Shown here: positions 58,311-64,000 of the stretch, in pieces
Layout: every line of letters begins with the position of its first letter
Numbering within the stretch: position 1 is the first letter of the stretch
Origin: an uncultured delta proteobacterium
Lineage (GTDB): Bacteria > Desulfobacterota > Binatia > UBA9968
Length of the DNA stretch: 64,000 nucleotides
NCBI GenBank assembly: GCA_963760795.1
Contig: CAVXEP010000029.1
Coordinates: 448,001 to 512,000, forward strand
Direction of reading: 5' to 3'
The notes under the pieces: model-generated
The model's database searches: none
What the model was told of the DNA's origin: nothing
The model's input: only the letters and a program-made list of their open reading frames with translations
Translations under genes and position numbers: made by a program

Positions 58311-64000
<5,690 letters not shown>

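Overview
64-kb bacterial chromosomal window, GC-rich, with no rRNA, tRNA, CRISPR array or intact integrase/transposase seen. Gene content (TctC/Bug and ABC binding proteins, several amidohydrolases, an LLM oxidoreductase, a many-GAF kinase, many short palindromic repeats) suggests a soil Binatota/Deltaproteobacteria-like organism (inference). Single-base frameshifts split several genes and become dense after ~59 kb, which most likely reflects long-read consensus error. Main blocks: (1) 1-16.6 kb, a mosaic region (beta-barrel protein, FAD oxidoreductase, GAF-fused glycogen phosphorylase, two-component pair, USP, ACT, GST) strewn with repeated 3' ends of two different GST genes, most of them next to a GGCCTGACCCC-like motif, plus a HUH-transposase remnant; (2) a TIR-TM protein; (3) 18-26.4 kb, an amidohydrolase/binding-protein/ferritin-like catabolic cluster; (4) 27.2-39.6 kb, the best candidate for an undescribed system: an ECF sigma factor flanked by two paralogous zinc anti-sigma factors (soluble cupin type and membrane RskA type), with a shared promoter motif (TAAATCC-N16-CGTAGGTA twice, TGAATCC-N17-CGTAG once) upstream of its own operon, a DUF4394 gene and a cupredoxin / His-bundle lipoprotein / DUF4331 / TPR / Ni-Co transporter operon; (5) ICL/PEPM - PLP decarboxylase - MOSC - EamA - TfoX genes, toxin-antitoxin debris and a short DprA-like gene; (6) double-length uvrA, queE, a large PBP, and a multi-GAF kinase - receiver - REC-cyclase signalling cluster running off the right edge. 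Domain names are recognised by eye from motifs and were not confirmed by database searches.
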